A stretch of 39,633 nucleotides of DNA from a virus (lineage: Duplodnaviria; Caudoviricetes), in the IMG/VR virus record IMGVR_UViG_3300020045_007141, positions 1 through 39,633 of that record; one strand, written 5' to 3'. The notes beneath the pieces were generated by a model. It was not told the origin of the DNA. It was given only the letters and a program-made list of their open reading frames with translations, and ran no database searches. Shown here piece after piece: positions 8,478 to 16,644 of this stretch. Position 1 is the first letter of the stretch. Each line of letters starts with the position of its first letter. A program made the translations under genes and the position numbers.

Positions 8478-8776
8478 TCTCCCGTTTTGTAAAGTTTAAT
8501 CGCCGCCCGTGTAAATTCCTCCGCCTCCTCCGGCGTGATATGCTCAGTCTCGCCACGGCGGTACAGGCGATGCTCTGATAATAGCCCCATTACACCACGG
8601 CCCAGAAAGATTTGCTGTTCTATGGCATCGAGAAGTCGCTGCTGCTCAAAGGTGATGGGCGGGAAGGTGCAAGGAGATTCAATGCGCATGAATGCTTTTG
8701 CGCTATAACCTACAGTCACGCCAACGGCCGCGCCGAAGATGCTACTAACTATAATAGCAATACAGATGTCTTTCAT
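8474..8776 (-). CDS. Hypothetical membrane-anchored protein
   Basis: N-terminal hydrophobic segment. Confidence 0.6.
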   Translation of the reverse strand: MKDICIAIIVSSIFGAAVGVTVGYSAKAFMRIESPCTFPPITFEQQRLLDAIEQQIFLGRGVMGLLSEHRLYRRGETEHITPEEAEEFTRAAIKLYKTGE

Positions 8777-8791
8777 TCTCTCGGTCCTCGG

Positions 8792-9253
8792 TTATCCGGC
8801 CACTACTGGCCGTCGTTTCACATTGCGCCTCAGTCTCGGATCTGGATCCGGCAACGCAACCCCAGCTTCCGCAGCCATAATGTATATCTCGTCAATCAAT
8901 CTGCCGTAATCCACCGTACTACGTAATTCGCCGTCCTCGTCGCGCTCAGATGATGGGGTTATGACGTATGATTTACGCCCGACGATGACGACATCGGATC
9001 CGAATACTCGCTGCTTGTTGGCTTCCTTGATACACCCTGGCGGATACCCTAACGCATCGCCGACGATGGTATAGCATTTATGCAGCCATGCCCGCTGTTC
9101 GTCGCTCTTTGTTTTGGTGTGCGTCTTGATGCGAATCTCGATAGGCTTATCCTTCTCGTCGATCACCAGACTGGCGATAAATAGCATGGCGTTGTGCCGG
9201 ATATTATCCAAGTGAAACTTCGGATCGAGGACGTAGGTTTTATCAATCTTCAC
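8792..9253 (-). CDS. NinB/Orf-like recombination accessory protein
   Basis: KSDEQRAWLH and LIDEIYIMAAEAGVALPDP pattern; nin-region position. Confidence 0.7.
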   Translation of the reverse strand: MKIDKTYVLDPKFHLDNIRHNAMLFIASLVIDEKDKPIEIRIKTHTKTKSDEQRAWLHKCYTIVGDALGYPPGCIKEANKQRVFGSDVVIVGRKSYVITPSSERDEDGELRSTVDYGRLIDEIYIMAAEAGVALPDPDPRLRRNVKRRPVVAG

Positions 9254-9480
9254 TCGGGCGGCTCCGGCAATGTCTGCCAGTGAGTAGGCTGATAGTCATC
9301 AGTGTCGCAGGTTGTCGTGTGCCAGCCATTATCGTGCCAGATATCGTCGTAACATTTACCCCACAGCCAACCCTCGCCATCATCGCTGCGACAGCCGATG
9401 AATATGCCATCCGGGCATTGCAGCCAGACCGGGACATCGAGTTCCGGCAGTGATTCGTCTACTGAAATCCACTTGCTCAT
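9250..9480 (-). CDS. DUF551 family protein
   Basis: WISVDESLPE...PTHWQTLPEPP. Confidence 0.85.
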   Translation of the reverse strand: MSKWISVDESLPELDVPVWLQCPDGIFIGCRSDDGEGWLWGKCYDDIWHDNGWHTTTCDTDDYQPTHWQTLPEPPE

Positions 9481-9689
9481 CTCTCCGCCCTCAATTCAGC
9501 CCGACCGCCGCCGCAATAATCGCAATACCAAATGAGATCACCGTCTACCTCGTAGGGTTCGGCGTGGCAATCACAACAACCTCCCTCTTCCAGCCAGTCA
9601 AACTCAACCTCGCCCCGCCCGCCATGCTCGCCGGATATGGTCATCGTCGATCCGTTCTTGGTCCGATATTTACCGTTTGGCAGTGTCAT
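9477..9689 (-). CDS. Cys-rich hypothetical protein
   Basis: CCDC...CDYC; ATGA overlaps. Confidence 0.65.
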   Translation of the reverse strand: MTLPNGKYRTKNGSTMTISGEHGGRGEVEFDWLEEGGCCDCHAEPYEVDGDLIWYCDYCGGGRAELRAER

Positions 9690-9880
9690 GATTTAGCCCT
9701 CCGCTCTGCTTCCGCTACCATTTCGTCATACGTCCCCATGCCCAATAACTGCGACATGGTTTTACTCTCTTCATGCCACGTATACAGGATGTGACTGCGG
9801 ATTGACCCGGTAATGTACGGCGCGATCAAAAACTGCTTGCAGTCGGAGAGATGGCCGTTGGTGGTGTGGTGGAAGATCAT
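9686..9880 (-). CDS. Hypothetical protein
   Basis: Start revised to ATG 9880 (ATGA overlap). Confidence 0.55.
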   Translation of the reverse strand: MIFHHTTNGHLSDCKQFLIAPYITGSIRSHILYTWHEESKTMSQLLGMGTYDEMVAEAERRAKS

Positions 9881-10071
9881 ACCGTCGGTGCCTGTATCGG
9901 CCCCCACCAATCCGCTTCTATCTCAGCGGCTTCGCTGTAAGTAATCTCATGGTCATTGTGGCCGCCCTGACCGGACACATGCACAACGTACATTCCGTAG
10001 GGCGAGTATCCTTCGCAGCACCAATACCAACCTTGTTCGCTTGGCGGGGTGTTTAATTTTACAAGCTCCAT
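9877..10071 (-). CDS. Hypothetical protein
   Basis: PSEQGWYW...WWGPI pattern seen in small phage proteins. Confidence 0.65.
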   Translation of the reverse strand: MELVKLNTPPSEQGWYWCCEGYSPYGMYVVHVSGQGGHNDHEITYSEAAEIEADWWGPIQAPTV

Positions 10072-10075
10072 ACCA

Positions 10076-10261
10076 TCACCTCACGTCGTAAACCACATAA
10101 CCGTGAAACGGACACAGAGCTTTCCACTCCCCTTGCCCCTTGCGTTGGCCGGTCTTTTTCGACGGCGGCAGGGGCGCGGCACAGGAGCCTAACGGGCAGG
10201 CTTTCGGGTGCCTATCAAGCGGCAGCACTTGGCCGGGGTTGTGGCGGGTAAGGCCGGTCAT
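10076..10261 (-). CDS. Hypothetical zinc-binding protein
   Basis: CPLGSC...CPFH; ATGA overlap. Confidence 0.55.
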   Translation of the reverse strand: MTGLTRHNPGQVLPLDRHPKACPLGSCAAPLPPSKKTGQRKGQGEWKALCPFHGYVVYDVR

Positions 10262-10434
10262 CGTTTCAATTCCTCCAAGGTGAGGCGCAAACCAGACGCC
10301 ATGATGGCAACGTCGGATAGAGCTTTTTTCGCTTCCATCAACTCAGCCGTCAACCTTGCGACATCCGCAGGAGTGGCGGCCCCAGGATTGAGGGATAGCA
10401 TCACCACACGTTCAGACCAGGGTAACTCGTTCAT
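10258..10434 (-). CDS. Hypothetical protein
   Basis: Start revised to ATG 10434; MNELPWSERVVMLSLNP. Confidence 0.6.
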   Translation of the reverse strand: MNELPWSERVVMLSLNPGAATPADVARLTAELMEAKKALSDVAIMASGLRLTLEELKR

Positions 10435-10634
10435 TCCCACCCCCAATACCGGGCGTGGAAGGTTTTGCAGAGTTCGTTCGGTTTCTTCACCAGTTCTTTG
10501 CATGAGTCCAACCAATCACAGATTTGCCGCTGGGTTGCCGGAGAGAATGTATCAGCCCCGCGCACGGTCAGCGAGGCGATAGGCTTATTGCCAAAGCCTT
10601 GCGTTTTGCGTTTGATTGCAGGTTTCTTTTCCAT
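10431..10634 (-). CDS. Hypothetical protein
   Basis: ORF track; stop overlaps the next ATG. Confidence 0.6.
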   Translation of the reverse strand: MEKKPAIKRKTQGFGNKPIASLTVRGADTFSPATQRQICDWLDSCKELVKKPNELCKTFHARYWGWE

Positions 10635-10804
10635 GATTTCACCCTCTCGAATTTAACGATGCGGTAAATGGCCCGCTTGACGCTCTTGCGCAGATAATCC
10701 CGATAGCATCGCGCCAATCGGCGGGTATTGAATGGGGAGCTATTCAGGCGATTGCCATCTACGCCTATAGCCTCGACTAACCAAATATAATCAGCGCGTT
10801 TCAC
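10568..10804 (-). CDS. Basic hypothetical protein
   Basis: GTGA overlap at 10801-10804; 3' end overlaps the next gene. Confidence 0.45.
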   Translation of the reverse strand: MKRADYIWLVEAIGVDGNRLNSSPFNTRRLARCYRDYLRKSVKRAIYRIVKFERVKSWKRNLQSNAKRKALAISLSPR

Positions 10805-11061
10805 GCCGCTACCCTCCAACCCATACGCCCTATCATGGATAAGGCCGCTCGCTTGGAACAGTCGCGTCCAGCGATGTAATACACACGGAAGCCGATATCA
10901 CCCTTGCGCACGTCGATAGCGTCCAAGTTGATATGCTCCTTGAGGTGTTCGACTGTGCGATAGGGATTGTTGCTGTCCGTGACGCGCACCACGTCCTTGA
11001 TGGTGAAGCAAAGGCGATTATGCAGGTGTTTCAACAGCCTGAGATGCTTTGATAGTTTCAT
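10801..11061 (-). CDS. Putative winged-HTH protein
   Basis: Basic 86-aa ORF with a helix-helix-wing-like pattern. Confidence 0.5.
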   Translation of the reverse strand: MKLSKHLRLLKHLHNRLCFTIKDVVRVTDSNNPYRTVEHLKEHINLDAIDVRKGDIGFRVYYIAGRDCSKRAALSMIGRMGWRVAA

Positions 11062-11063
11062 GG

Positions 11064-11426
11064 TTATCTCCCCTTCATTGATTCCGCGAGTGAATTAGCC
11101 ATGCGCTCGGTTAGCTTATCCACATCGACATCCAGCAACCTGTCTGCCGTCACGCGCAACAATTCCTTCATGCGCGTCCGAAGCGCCTCGTCTTCAGCCA
11201 CAAGTTTGTGAGCTTCCTCTCTGGCAATTTGTCCGACGGCATGTTCAAACGCTAACTCTATCGGAGATTTGTTTCTATCCCATGAGCTTGTGCTTGGGGT
11301 AAGAAGAGCACGTATTGCACTCTCCATGATTTGCGCTCGTGTCTCAGGGGTTAAAACCCCTAACATCGCCTGTACGGTAGCCTCGCGTAATGCTTCGCCG
11401 TCAAGATTAAGTGTTATTTGTGCCAT
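11064..11426 (-). CDS. Helical hypothetical protein
   Basis: GGAGG RBS; 120 aa. Confidence 0.7.
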   Translation of the reverse strand: MAQITLNLDGEALREATVQAMLGVLTPETRAQIMESAIRALLTPSTSSWDRNKSPIELAFEHAVGQIAREEAHKLVAEDEALRTRMKELLRVTADRLLDVDVDKLTERMANSLAESMKGR

Positions 11427-11462
11427 GCTCTCTCTCCTCCAGTCTGTTAGGTATGCCCATCT

Positions 11463-11999
11463 TCATCTCTCTCCTCGTTGGTATTTGCTCAAATCCGGCG
11501 CAGCGTCAGCCGTGACTACCCGCCCGGTAAGGACGGCCTCAACATTACGGTCCTCGCGTTCCGGCAAAGGAACACGCCGGAACGGAACCAGTTTGATTAA
11601 CGCGTACAAGTCTTTCCTGTCCCCTTCGTCCGCATAGTTCGCCTCTTTAATTGACGGATGTCTTACCATCCCCTCGGCAATCAGCGTTTCCCGCCAATCC
11701 GGGCCCATCTCGCGCAGGTAGCAATCGGCACAACGGGTAATGTTGGCAACGAAGTCATAACCGGCATGAGGATATTGCCGCCCACCTCTTTCATGGCAGT
11801 ATTTCAGCGCACTGGGTGGGACAAAAATCGTGCCGTCAGGGGCGCGGAGTTGGACGCGGTTGATAGCGGTGTCGTTGCGGCAGCCCATGACGGAGCAGAT
11901 TTTCGGCGGCGCCGGGATGGAGTTGTCACGCCCTCCCCCGCAGTCATCGCAGGAGATGCCGGTATAAGTAGCCCCACATTTACGGCAGGTTTTGTTCAT
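11463..11999 (-). CDS. Cys-rich hypothetical protein
   Basis: Four Cys pairs (CRKC, CDDC, CSVMGC, CADC). Confidence 0.65.
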   Translation of the reverse strand: MNKTCRKCGATYTGISCDDCGGGRDNSIPAPPKICSVMGCRNDTAINRVQLRAPDGTIFVPPSALKYCHERGGRQYPHAGYDFVANITRCADCYLREMGPDWRETLIAEGMVRHPSIKEANYADEGDRKDLYALIKLVPFRRVPLPEREDRNVEAVLTGRVVTADAAPDLSKYQRGER

Positions 12000-12753
12000 G
12001 CTCTGCCTTCATAATTGCTCGTCCAATGATTTCAGGGATTTGGGGGACGACAGCGTTTCCGAGTGATTTAATTCTGTCCACATCAGCGGAAATCCCATCG
12101 TCCATTCCCATAGATCTGGCACCAATCGGGCGTGTTGTATTCCACTCACCCGAACTGCCCATTTCGCCAAGTCGTCTGGACAACCCTCTGTAGAAGGCCG
12201 ATTGGCATATTGAGCTTTCATCGGTGTACGCTTCCAGTCCGTCGCTGTTGGTGTTGGTTGCGATGATCCATACCCTGTCGCGCTCGTGAGGCGCACCAAT
12301 GGCAGAAGCTGGTATGCAATGCCATTCCGCATCATACCCGATCTCGGCCAGGTCTCCGAGAACTCTGCCAAACCATCCTCCCCTGTCGCCACCAAGGAGT
12401 GCTGCGACGTTCTCCACAATCGCGTAACACGGTCGAATTTCGCCAATAATTCTGGCGAGTTCAGACCATAACCCACTACGCTTCCCGTTGATACCACTGC
12501 CCTTCCCTGCTGAACTGATGTCCTGACAGGGGAATCCGCCTGTGATGACATCGATTGTTCCAATTCCATCGGAAATAAGTCGTTCTCTGGTAAGAGTTCT
12601 GATATCTTCATAAATTGGTATGTCCGACCAGTGCTTTTTTAATACTTTCCGGCAAAATGGATCGATTTCACAAAAGGCAACTGTCTTAAATCCAGCCCTT
12701 TCGAGACCAAGTGAAAAACCACCAATACCTGAAAATAAATCAAGAACATTCAT
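11980..12753 (-). CDS. C5 cytosine DNA methyltransferase, alpha-type chain
   Basis: DLFSGIGG (motif I), GGFPCQD (IV), ENV (VI), HERDRVW (VIII), LGNAVVP (X); motif IX absent. Start 12753 overlaps the upstream stop. Confidence 0.93.
   Translation of the reverse strand: MNVLDLFSGIGGFSLGLERAGFKTVAFCEIDPFCRKVLKKHWSDIPIYEDIRTLTRERLISDGIGTIDVITGGFPCQDISSAGKGSGINGKRSGLWSELARIIGEIRPCYAIVENVAALLGGDRGGWFGRVLGDLAEIGYDAEWHCIPASAIGAPHERDRVWIIATNTNSDGLEAYTDESSICQSAFYRGLSRRLGEMGSSGEWNTTRPIGARSMGMDDGISADVDRIKSLGNAVVPQIPEIIGRAIMKAEHEQNLP
12009..12611 (-). CDS. C5 methyltransferase beta-type chain in an alternative frame
   Basis: Nested 200-aa ORF with FSETWPRSGMMRNG, PTPTATD and motif IX-like RLVPDLWEWTMGFPLMWT. 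Confidence 0.8.
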   Translation of the reverse strand: MKISELLPENDLFPMELEQSMSSQADSPVRTSVQQGRAVVSTGSVVGYGLNSPELLAKFDRVTRLWRTSQHSLVATGEDGLAEFSETWPRSGMMRNGIAYQLLPLVRLTSATGYGSSQPTPTATDWKRTPMKAQYANRPSTEGCPDDLAKWAVRVSGIQHARLVPDLWEWTMGFPLMWTELNHSETLSSPKSLKSLDEQL

Positions 12754-13091
12754 CTCCCCTCCCTCGAACTCCAGCCCCGGACAGCGGCTTTCCAGTCTTT
12801 CATTTTGGTTTTGCCGCGTATCCATCCGTTCGCTGTGTAGTGGTTGAATATCTGCGCTGGATCGGCTTGCGATTCAATTTCAGTACAGTATTCACGGATA
12901 TCACGTATTGAGGGAGGGGTAAAACCTTCTGCTTTCTTGGCAGCGGTAGCGGATTTGTATTCGCCGCACCAGTCAGATTCAGAAATATCAGGATACCAAT
13001 ATCGCCCATTCTCGCTTTGTGGCGGGTAGCGACGACAGAACAAGTAATCTTTCTTGCCGTATACATACCTACATAATCCGCATCTTTGCAT
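12750..13091 (-). CDS. Cys-rich domain fused to a replication-initiator-like C-terminal domain
   Basis: GGAGG RBS; CGLC...CRRYPP...WCGE followed by FTPPS...YTANGW..G.TKMKDWKAAVRGW. Confidence 0.7.
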   Translation of the reverse strand: MQRCGLCRYVYGKKDYLFCRRYPPQSENGRYWYPDISESDWCGEYKSATAAKKAEGFTPPSIRDIREYCTEIESQADPAQIFNHYTANGWIRGKTKMKDWKAAVRGWSSREGR

Positions 13092-13492
13092 ATCCCCTCC
13101 AGAATATTCTATCAAGCAAACCTATCCCCCTTTCCACTTTAAAGCCGTACCAGGGCACCTCTCGGCGTGTACTTGTCTGCCTGCATAAGTATCTATGCCT
13201 GCTACCAGGGGTGGTTAGATCCCTGATAATCCATCTGCCATAAAGACAGATCAGCCTAAATGCTTTCTTTAAATTAGGACTCACTCTCGTTGACGGGGTC
13301 GGGTATCCTTGAGCGAGATTCTGCGCATCCTGTTTACAGCCATCGCGCATGGCATCAGGAACAAATCCGGCTATTTTCGGTGAAAACGCTTTAACTTGGG
13401 GGGATCTTCGGCTAAAATCTAGGAAGAAGCCGTCAAGTGCCGGAATCACTTTGATAGCTGGCCGGGGAAGTTCCTGAACTAACCCGGCCTTT

Positions 13493-13684
13493 TTATTTAC
13501 TGTTTTCAAGAATAGTTCCCTGCTCTGCCACTGTCAAGAGCTTTCGCAATCTATTTTCTTTAGCCGCTTTCCCGCCCATGCTGGCGATCTCGCGCCGACG
13601 TTTAGGGGATAGCTTCTTAGCCCTTGCGGGACCACCTACCAAGCCTCCGGCGCGTCCGGTATACGGTTTATCTTGCGTTGCCAT
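13493..13684 (-). CDS. Small basic protein with a KGG-like motif
   Basis: GGAGG RBS; GGPARAKKLSPKRRREIASMGGKA. Confidence 0.7.
   Translation of the reverse strand: MATQDKPYTGRAGGLVGGPARAKKLSPKRRREIASMGGKAAKENRLRKLLTVAEQGTILENSK
13509..13537 (-). promoter_or_regulatory. Putative sigma70 promoter
   Basis: TTGACA-17-TATTCT. Confidence 0.6.
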
Positions 13685-13740
13685 GATGCCTCCGTAACAG
13701 ACCATGCGTTACATTTCCGTACAGTCGCGTTTCAAGCATG

Positions 13741-13922
13741 ATCGCTAAACCCTTAGAAGTGGGTACTGCTTGGTTTGGAGTCAGTGACAGGAATGACCTG
13801 ATCCTATAGTCGCTTTTTTGGTAAGTGGCTTTCGGAACAACCGCAGAATGACTGCTTTCTGTACTTGCCATAATCCTCACGCGCACACCATCCACAGTAC
13901 CCACATCTAAAGATTCAACCAT
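13741..13922 (-). ncRNA. Candidate structured non-coding RNA
   Basis: 13895-13922 pairs with 13741-13768 at 26 of 28 positions on the minus strand, five of them G-U; further internal stems. Confidence 0.55.
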
Positions 13923-13970
13923 GATCGCATATCCAGCCGATAATAAAAAAGCCCACCATCCCATCCCCGT

Positions 13971-14102
13971 CAAGCCTTGCGCGTTCCATTCTTACAATGC
14001 TGGCACCACAGGCCAAAGCAGGCACTTATAAGGGCGAGTTTCCCGCAGCGTGGGCAAAGATACTGGACGCTGTTAATAAGGCAGGCGAGGAAGAGGGTCA
14101 TT
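13971..14102 (-). CDS. Small zinc-ribbon protein (43 aa, not in ORF track)
   Basis: GGAGG RBS; MTLFLACLINSVQYLCPRCGKLALISACFGLWCQHCKNGTRKA. Confidence 0.45.
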
Positions 14103-14155
14103 CCCCCTCCGCTAGTTCGCAGTGGTCCCAAGATAGGCGGTACTTGCCGTCGAGT

Positions 14156-14496
14156 TTAATCATTGTGAGTCCTCTCAGTTTGTGGTTAGGATCCATACCC
14201 AACAGATTAGGGAATCAAAAAATAATTTCATTCTGCGTCCCTCATCTTTGCAACCAATATCGCGCAATCTGGCCTACTCCCATAACTGTTATTAATTGCG
14301 CATGAGGCGGCCAACGGGGATTCCCCGGCCGTGACCGCTGCTGTAAACATTTCCATTACCCTTTTGTCTTGGCTCACGTTATAAAACGTGATGCTGAGAC
14401 AAAGCGTTATTAAAACGGTCGCCAATAAAGTGAAAAACACTATTAAAGTCTTGTCTGTGTCATTCATGTTGTTAAAGTTAATCATTGTGAGTCCTC
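14156..14496 (-). repeat. 19-bp direct repeat (14156-14174 and 14478-14496)
   Basis: GAGGACTCACAATGATTAA occurs twice; it comprises an RBS plus start codon. Confidence 0.85.
14228..14485 (-). CDS. Single-TM hypothetical protein
   Basis: GGAGG RBS; TM LIVFFTLLATVLITLCLSITF. Confidence 0.7.
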   Translation of the reverse strand: MINFNNMNDTDKTLIVFFTLLATVLITLCLSITFYNVSQDKRVMEMFTAAVTAGESPLAASCAINNSYGSRPDCAILVAKMRDAE

Positions 14497-14589
14497 CAAT
14501 ATCTTCTGCATGAATCTAATCATACGTCTACGCGCACGCATGAACTTGGCGCGGGGGCTTTCTTGGTGAGTTTCATGGTTAGCTTCCTG

Positions 14590-14787
14590 TCATAAATGAT
14601 ACGGGGTGCATTTTGGGCATGGACAGGATATCATGTGGATACACACTGTCCCGTCGCATTTAGTTTCAGTCCCTGCACATTCAGGACAGGCATCGTGCAA
14701 ACATGGCTGCCATGCGCGAGTTTTTCTTTTATCGGCTAAAACTTTGCGCCTTCTAAATAAATCTTTTTCATATTCCTCTCTATTCAT
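14590..14787 (-). CDS. Cys-rich hypothetical protein
   Basis: CLHDACPECAGT...CIHMISCPCPKC. Confidence 0.7.
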   Translation of the reverse strand: MNREEYEKDLFRRRKVLADKRKTRAWQPCLHDACPECAGTETKCDGTVCIHMISCPCPKCTPYHL

Positions 14788-14788
14788 T

Positions 14789-15058
14789 TTAGCCTCCTGT
14801 CAGTCTCTTGGCCCGCTTGCGTTGGCGCAGGCTCCAGCCGAGCAGTTCGTCGGCGGATATGTACATGCGTTCGCCGCCATACGTGGCGTTGTGGATCGCG
14901 TTAGATATCCACACGGCGTATTTCGTCTCCCCGGTCCACTCCGACCGAGGCAGCCCCTTCTTAACCCAATGATTAAGCCGCTGTGGCGAGATATTCAAAT
15001 ACCGTGCCAACTGGCTCAGGCCGACGATTTTAATTGCTGCTTTGAGTGGATTGCGCAT
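14789..15058 (-). CDS. Cro/YdaS-like HTH regulator
   Basis: GLSQLARYLNISPQRLNHWVKKGLP helix-turn-helix; first gene after the divergent promoter. Confidence 0.8.
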   Translation of the reverse strand: MRNPLKAAIKIVGLSQLARYLNISPQRLNHWVKKGLPRSEWTGETKYAVWISNAIHNATYGGERMYISADELLGWSLRQRKRAKRLTGG

Positions 15059-15082
15059 AGTAATTCCTATGATGTCTCCATC

Positions 15083-15128
15083 AGTATAGAAAAATATATT
15101 TTGCATTGCAAGTTTATTTTAGTATACT
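15083..15128. promoter_or_regulatory. Overlapping divergent sigma70 promoters
   Basis: Minus: TTGCAA(15111-15106)-17-TATACT. Plus: TTGCAT(15101)-16-TATACT(15123). Located at the strand switch. Confidence 0.7.
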
Positions 15129-15153
15129 TAGTAGTAACAGGAGGAACGAGACT

Positions 15154-15504
15154 ATGGTAATAAAAAATGCACTGATAAAATCAGCAACCATCACTAATGA
15201 CGATCATGGGCTATTATCTGCGTGGGTGCATCTTGATTTTGGTGGGACAGGGCAAGGTTTTGGTGGGTATTCTTTATACCTGCCAAAATGCTTCACCAAC
15301 TCCACCAACCAAAAAAACTACGCAGGACATTTTATCTGGAGGGTCATGGAAATTGCCGGAGTTTCAGAATGGGGGAGATTGCCGGGGAAAACAATCAGGG
15401 TTAGAAAGGAATCGGAATTCGGCCTGATTATCGCAATCGGGCATATTATAAACGATGATTGGTTCGATCCTAAATCTGATTTTGAAAATATGGAAGCACT
15501 ATGA
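15154..15504 (+). CDS. Conserved-looking phage hypothetical protein
   Basis: AGGAGG RBS; DHGLLS...GQGFGGY..AIGHII. Confidence 0.75.
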   Translation: MVIKNALIKSATITNDDHGLLSAWVHLDFGGTGQGFGGYSLYLPKCFTNSTNQKNYAGHFIWRVMEIAGVSEWGRLPGKTIRVRKESEFGLIIAIGHIINDDWFDPKSDFENMEAL

Positions 15505-15731
15505 ACGAAAACATCAAATCCCGCATGGAGCTTCCCTTGCGCTCCGATGAGGAACTTAAATGGATCACCGAGGCCGAGGAACAGCGAATGGAGCGGGCCT
15601 ATGCCAAGGCTTATGCGGCCTGCAAGAACGCGGCCTTTCTGTTTCAGCAATTAACCGAGGAAGAGCAGGCTGAATTTGTGCATGATTATCAAGAAAAGGT
15701 AGCCGAGAGGCTCGCGAAGGAGGAGGTATGA
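15501..15731 (+). CDS. Hypothetical protein
   Basis: ATGA overlaps at both ends. Confidence 0.7.
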   Translation: MNENIKSRMELPLRSDEELKWITEAEEQRMERAYAKAYAACKNAAFLFQQLTEEEQAEFVHDYQEKVAERLAKEEV

Positions 15732-16129
15732 GCTGCGTTGCCGTATGGCACGCGCACCACAGCGCGTGGTCGCCACTGGAATTTATTCCGTCGTTCGAGG
15801 ATCGGCTCTATGAGATAGACACGGTAAAGGCGCGTGAGGAAACGGCTGGGCAGATAGCCCGCAGGAAGCACTTGTTTAAGCTGGCCGTAGGGGTTTTGCC
15901 TGATGAGCTAGTCAAAGCCGGGGCGGCGTATGACCAAGCCTGGACGGCGTGTGACCAAGCCAGGGCGGCGTGTGACCAAGCCAGGGCGGCGTATGAGCAA
16001 GCCATGGCGGCGTATGACCAAGCCTGGACGGCGTGTGAGCCTGAAATCATGGCCCTCCACGCCAAGGAATGCGGCTGCGGCTGGACCAAAGGGCGTCCGA
16101 ATATCTTCGAGTATAAGGAGGATTTATGA
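15728..16129 (+). CDS. Heptad-repeat hypothetical protein
   Basis: AAYDQAW/TACDQAR repeats; HAHH and LHAKEC motifs flank them. Confidence 0.75.
   Translation: MSCVAVWHAHHSAWSPLEFIPSFEDRLYEIDTVKAREETAGQIARRKHLFKLAVGVLPDELVKAGAAYDQAWTACDQARAACDQARAAYEQAMAAYDQAWTACEPEIMALHAKECGCGWTKGRPNIFEYKEDL
15923..16039 (+). repeat. 21-bp coding tandem repeat, about 5.6 copies
   Basis: Units such as GCGGCGTATGACCAAGCCTGG and ACGGCGTGTGACCAAGCCAGG. Confidence 0.9.
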
Positions 16130-16644
16130 ACAAATGTATAGATTGCCGGTGTTACGAAAACCCTTACTGTTTGCATCCTGAGTGCGTGGATGTGGTAGAC
16201 GGCAATGCGCTATATTGCCGCAAAGCCCGTGCCGTGGCATGTGGCCCCGAAGGTAAATACTTCCAAGCCCGTACCCCCGCCGAGACCCTGGGAAAGACGC
16301 TGGCCAAGGCGGAGAAGGTTGCGCCAAATCGTAACGTCGGTTTGGATCAGACGGATGAGTTTGATAAGGCTCAATGGGATTATCTTGGCACTTTTGCCGC
16401 TCACCATGATGATGCTCTGCTCGCCTGCATCGACTCCGGGCAGGTCAGCCCGAAACAGGTCGAGGAACACAGAAAGGCGGGTGATTTTGACGATATGCGC
16501 CAAGCGGCCAAGGATGCGGCATTCGGGCGGAGAGTGGCGAAGTGGTTGCGAGTACCGACGAGGCTAGAAATATCAAGTACCGCCGAACTCTCAGCTTTCT
16601 GCAATAACGTCTGGTCAGAATACAAGCAGGTGTACGGCGAGTGA
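16126..16644 (+). CDS. Hypothetical protein with N-terminal Cys-rich domain
   Basis: CIDC...CLHP...C..R...CGPEGKYF. Confidence 0.7.
   Translation: MNKCIDCRCYENPYCLHPECVDVVDGNALYCRKARAVACGPEGKYFQARTPAETLGKTLAKAEKVAPNRNVGLDQTDEFDKAQWDYLGTFAAHHDDALLACIDSGQVSPKQVEEHRKAGDFDDMRQAAKDAAFGRRVAKWLRVPTRLEISSTAELSAFCNNVWSEYKQVYGE

Noticed and set aside
13668-13973. 101-aa ORF as a real gene
   Set aside because: TTG start without RBS, no motifs, and it coincides with extensive RNA pairing. Not fully excluded.
15923-16039. CRISPR array
   Set aside because: Contiguous in-frame 21-bp units with no spacers and no cas genes.
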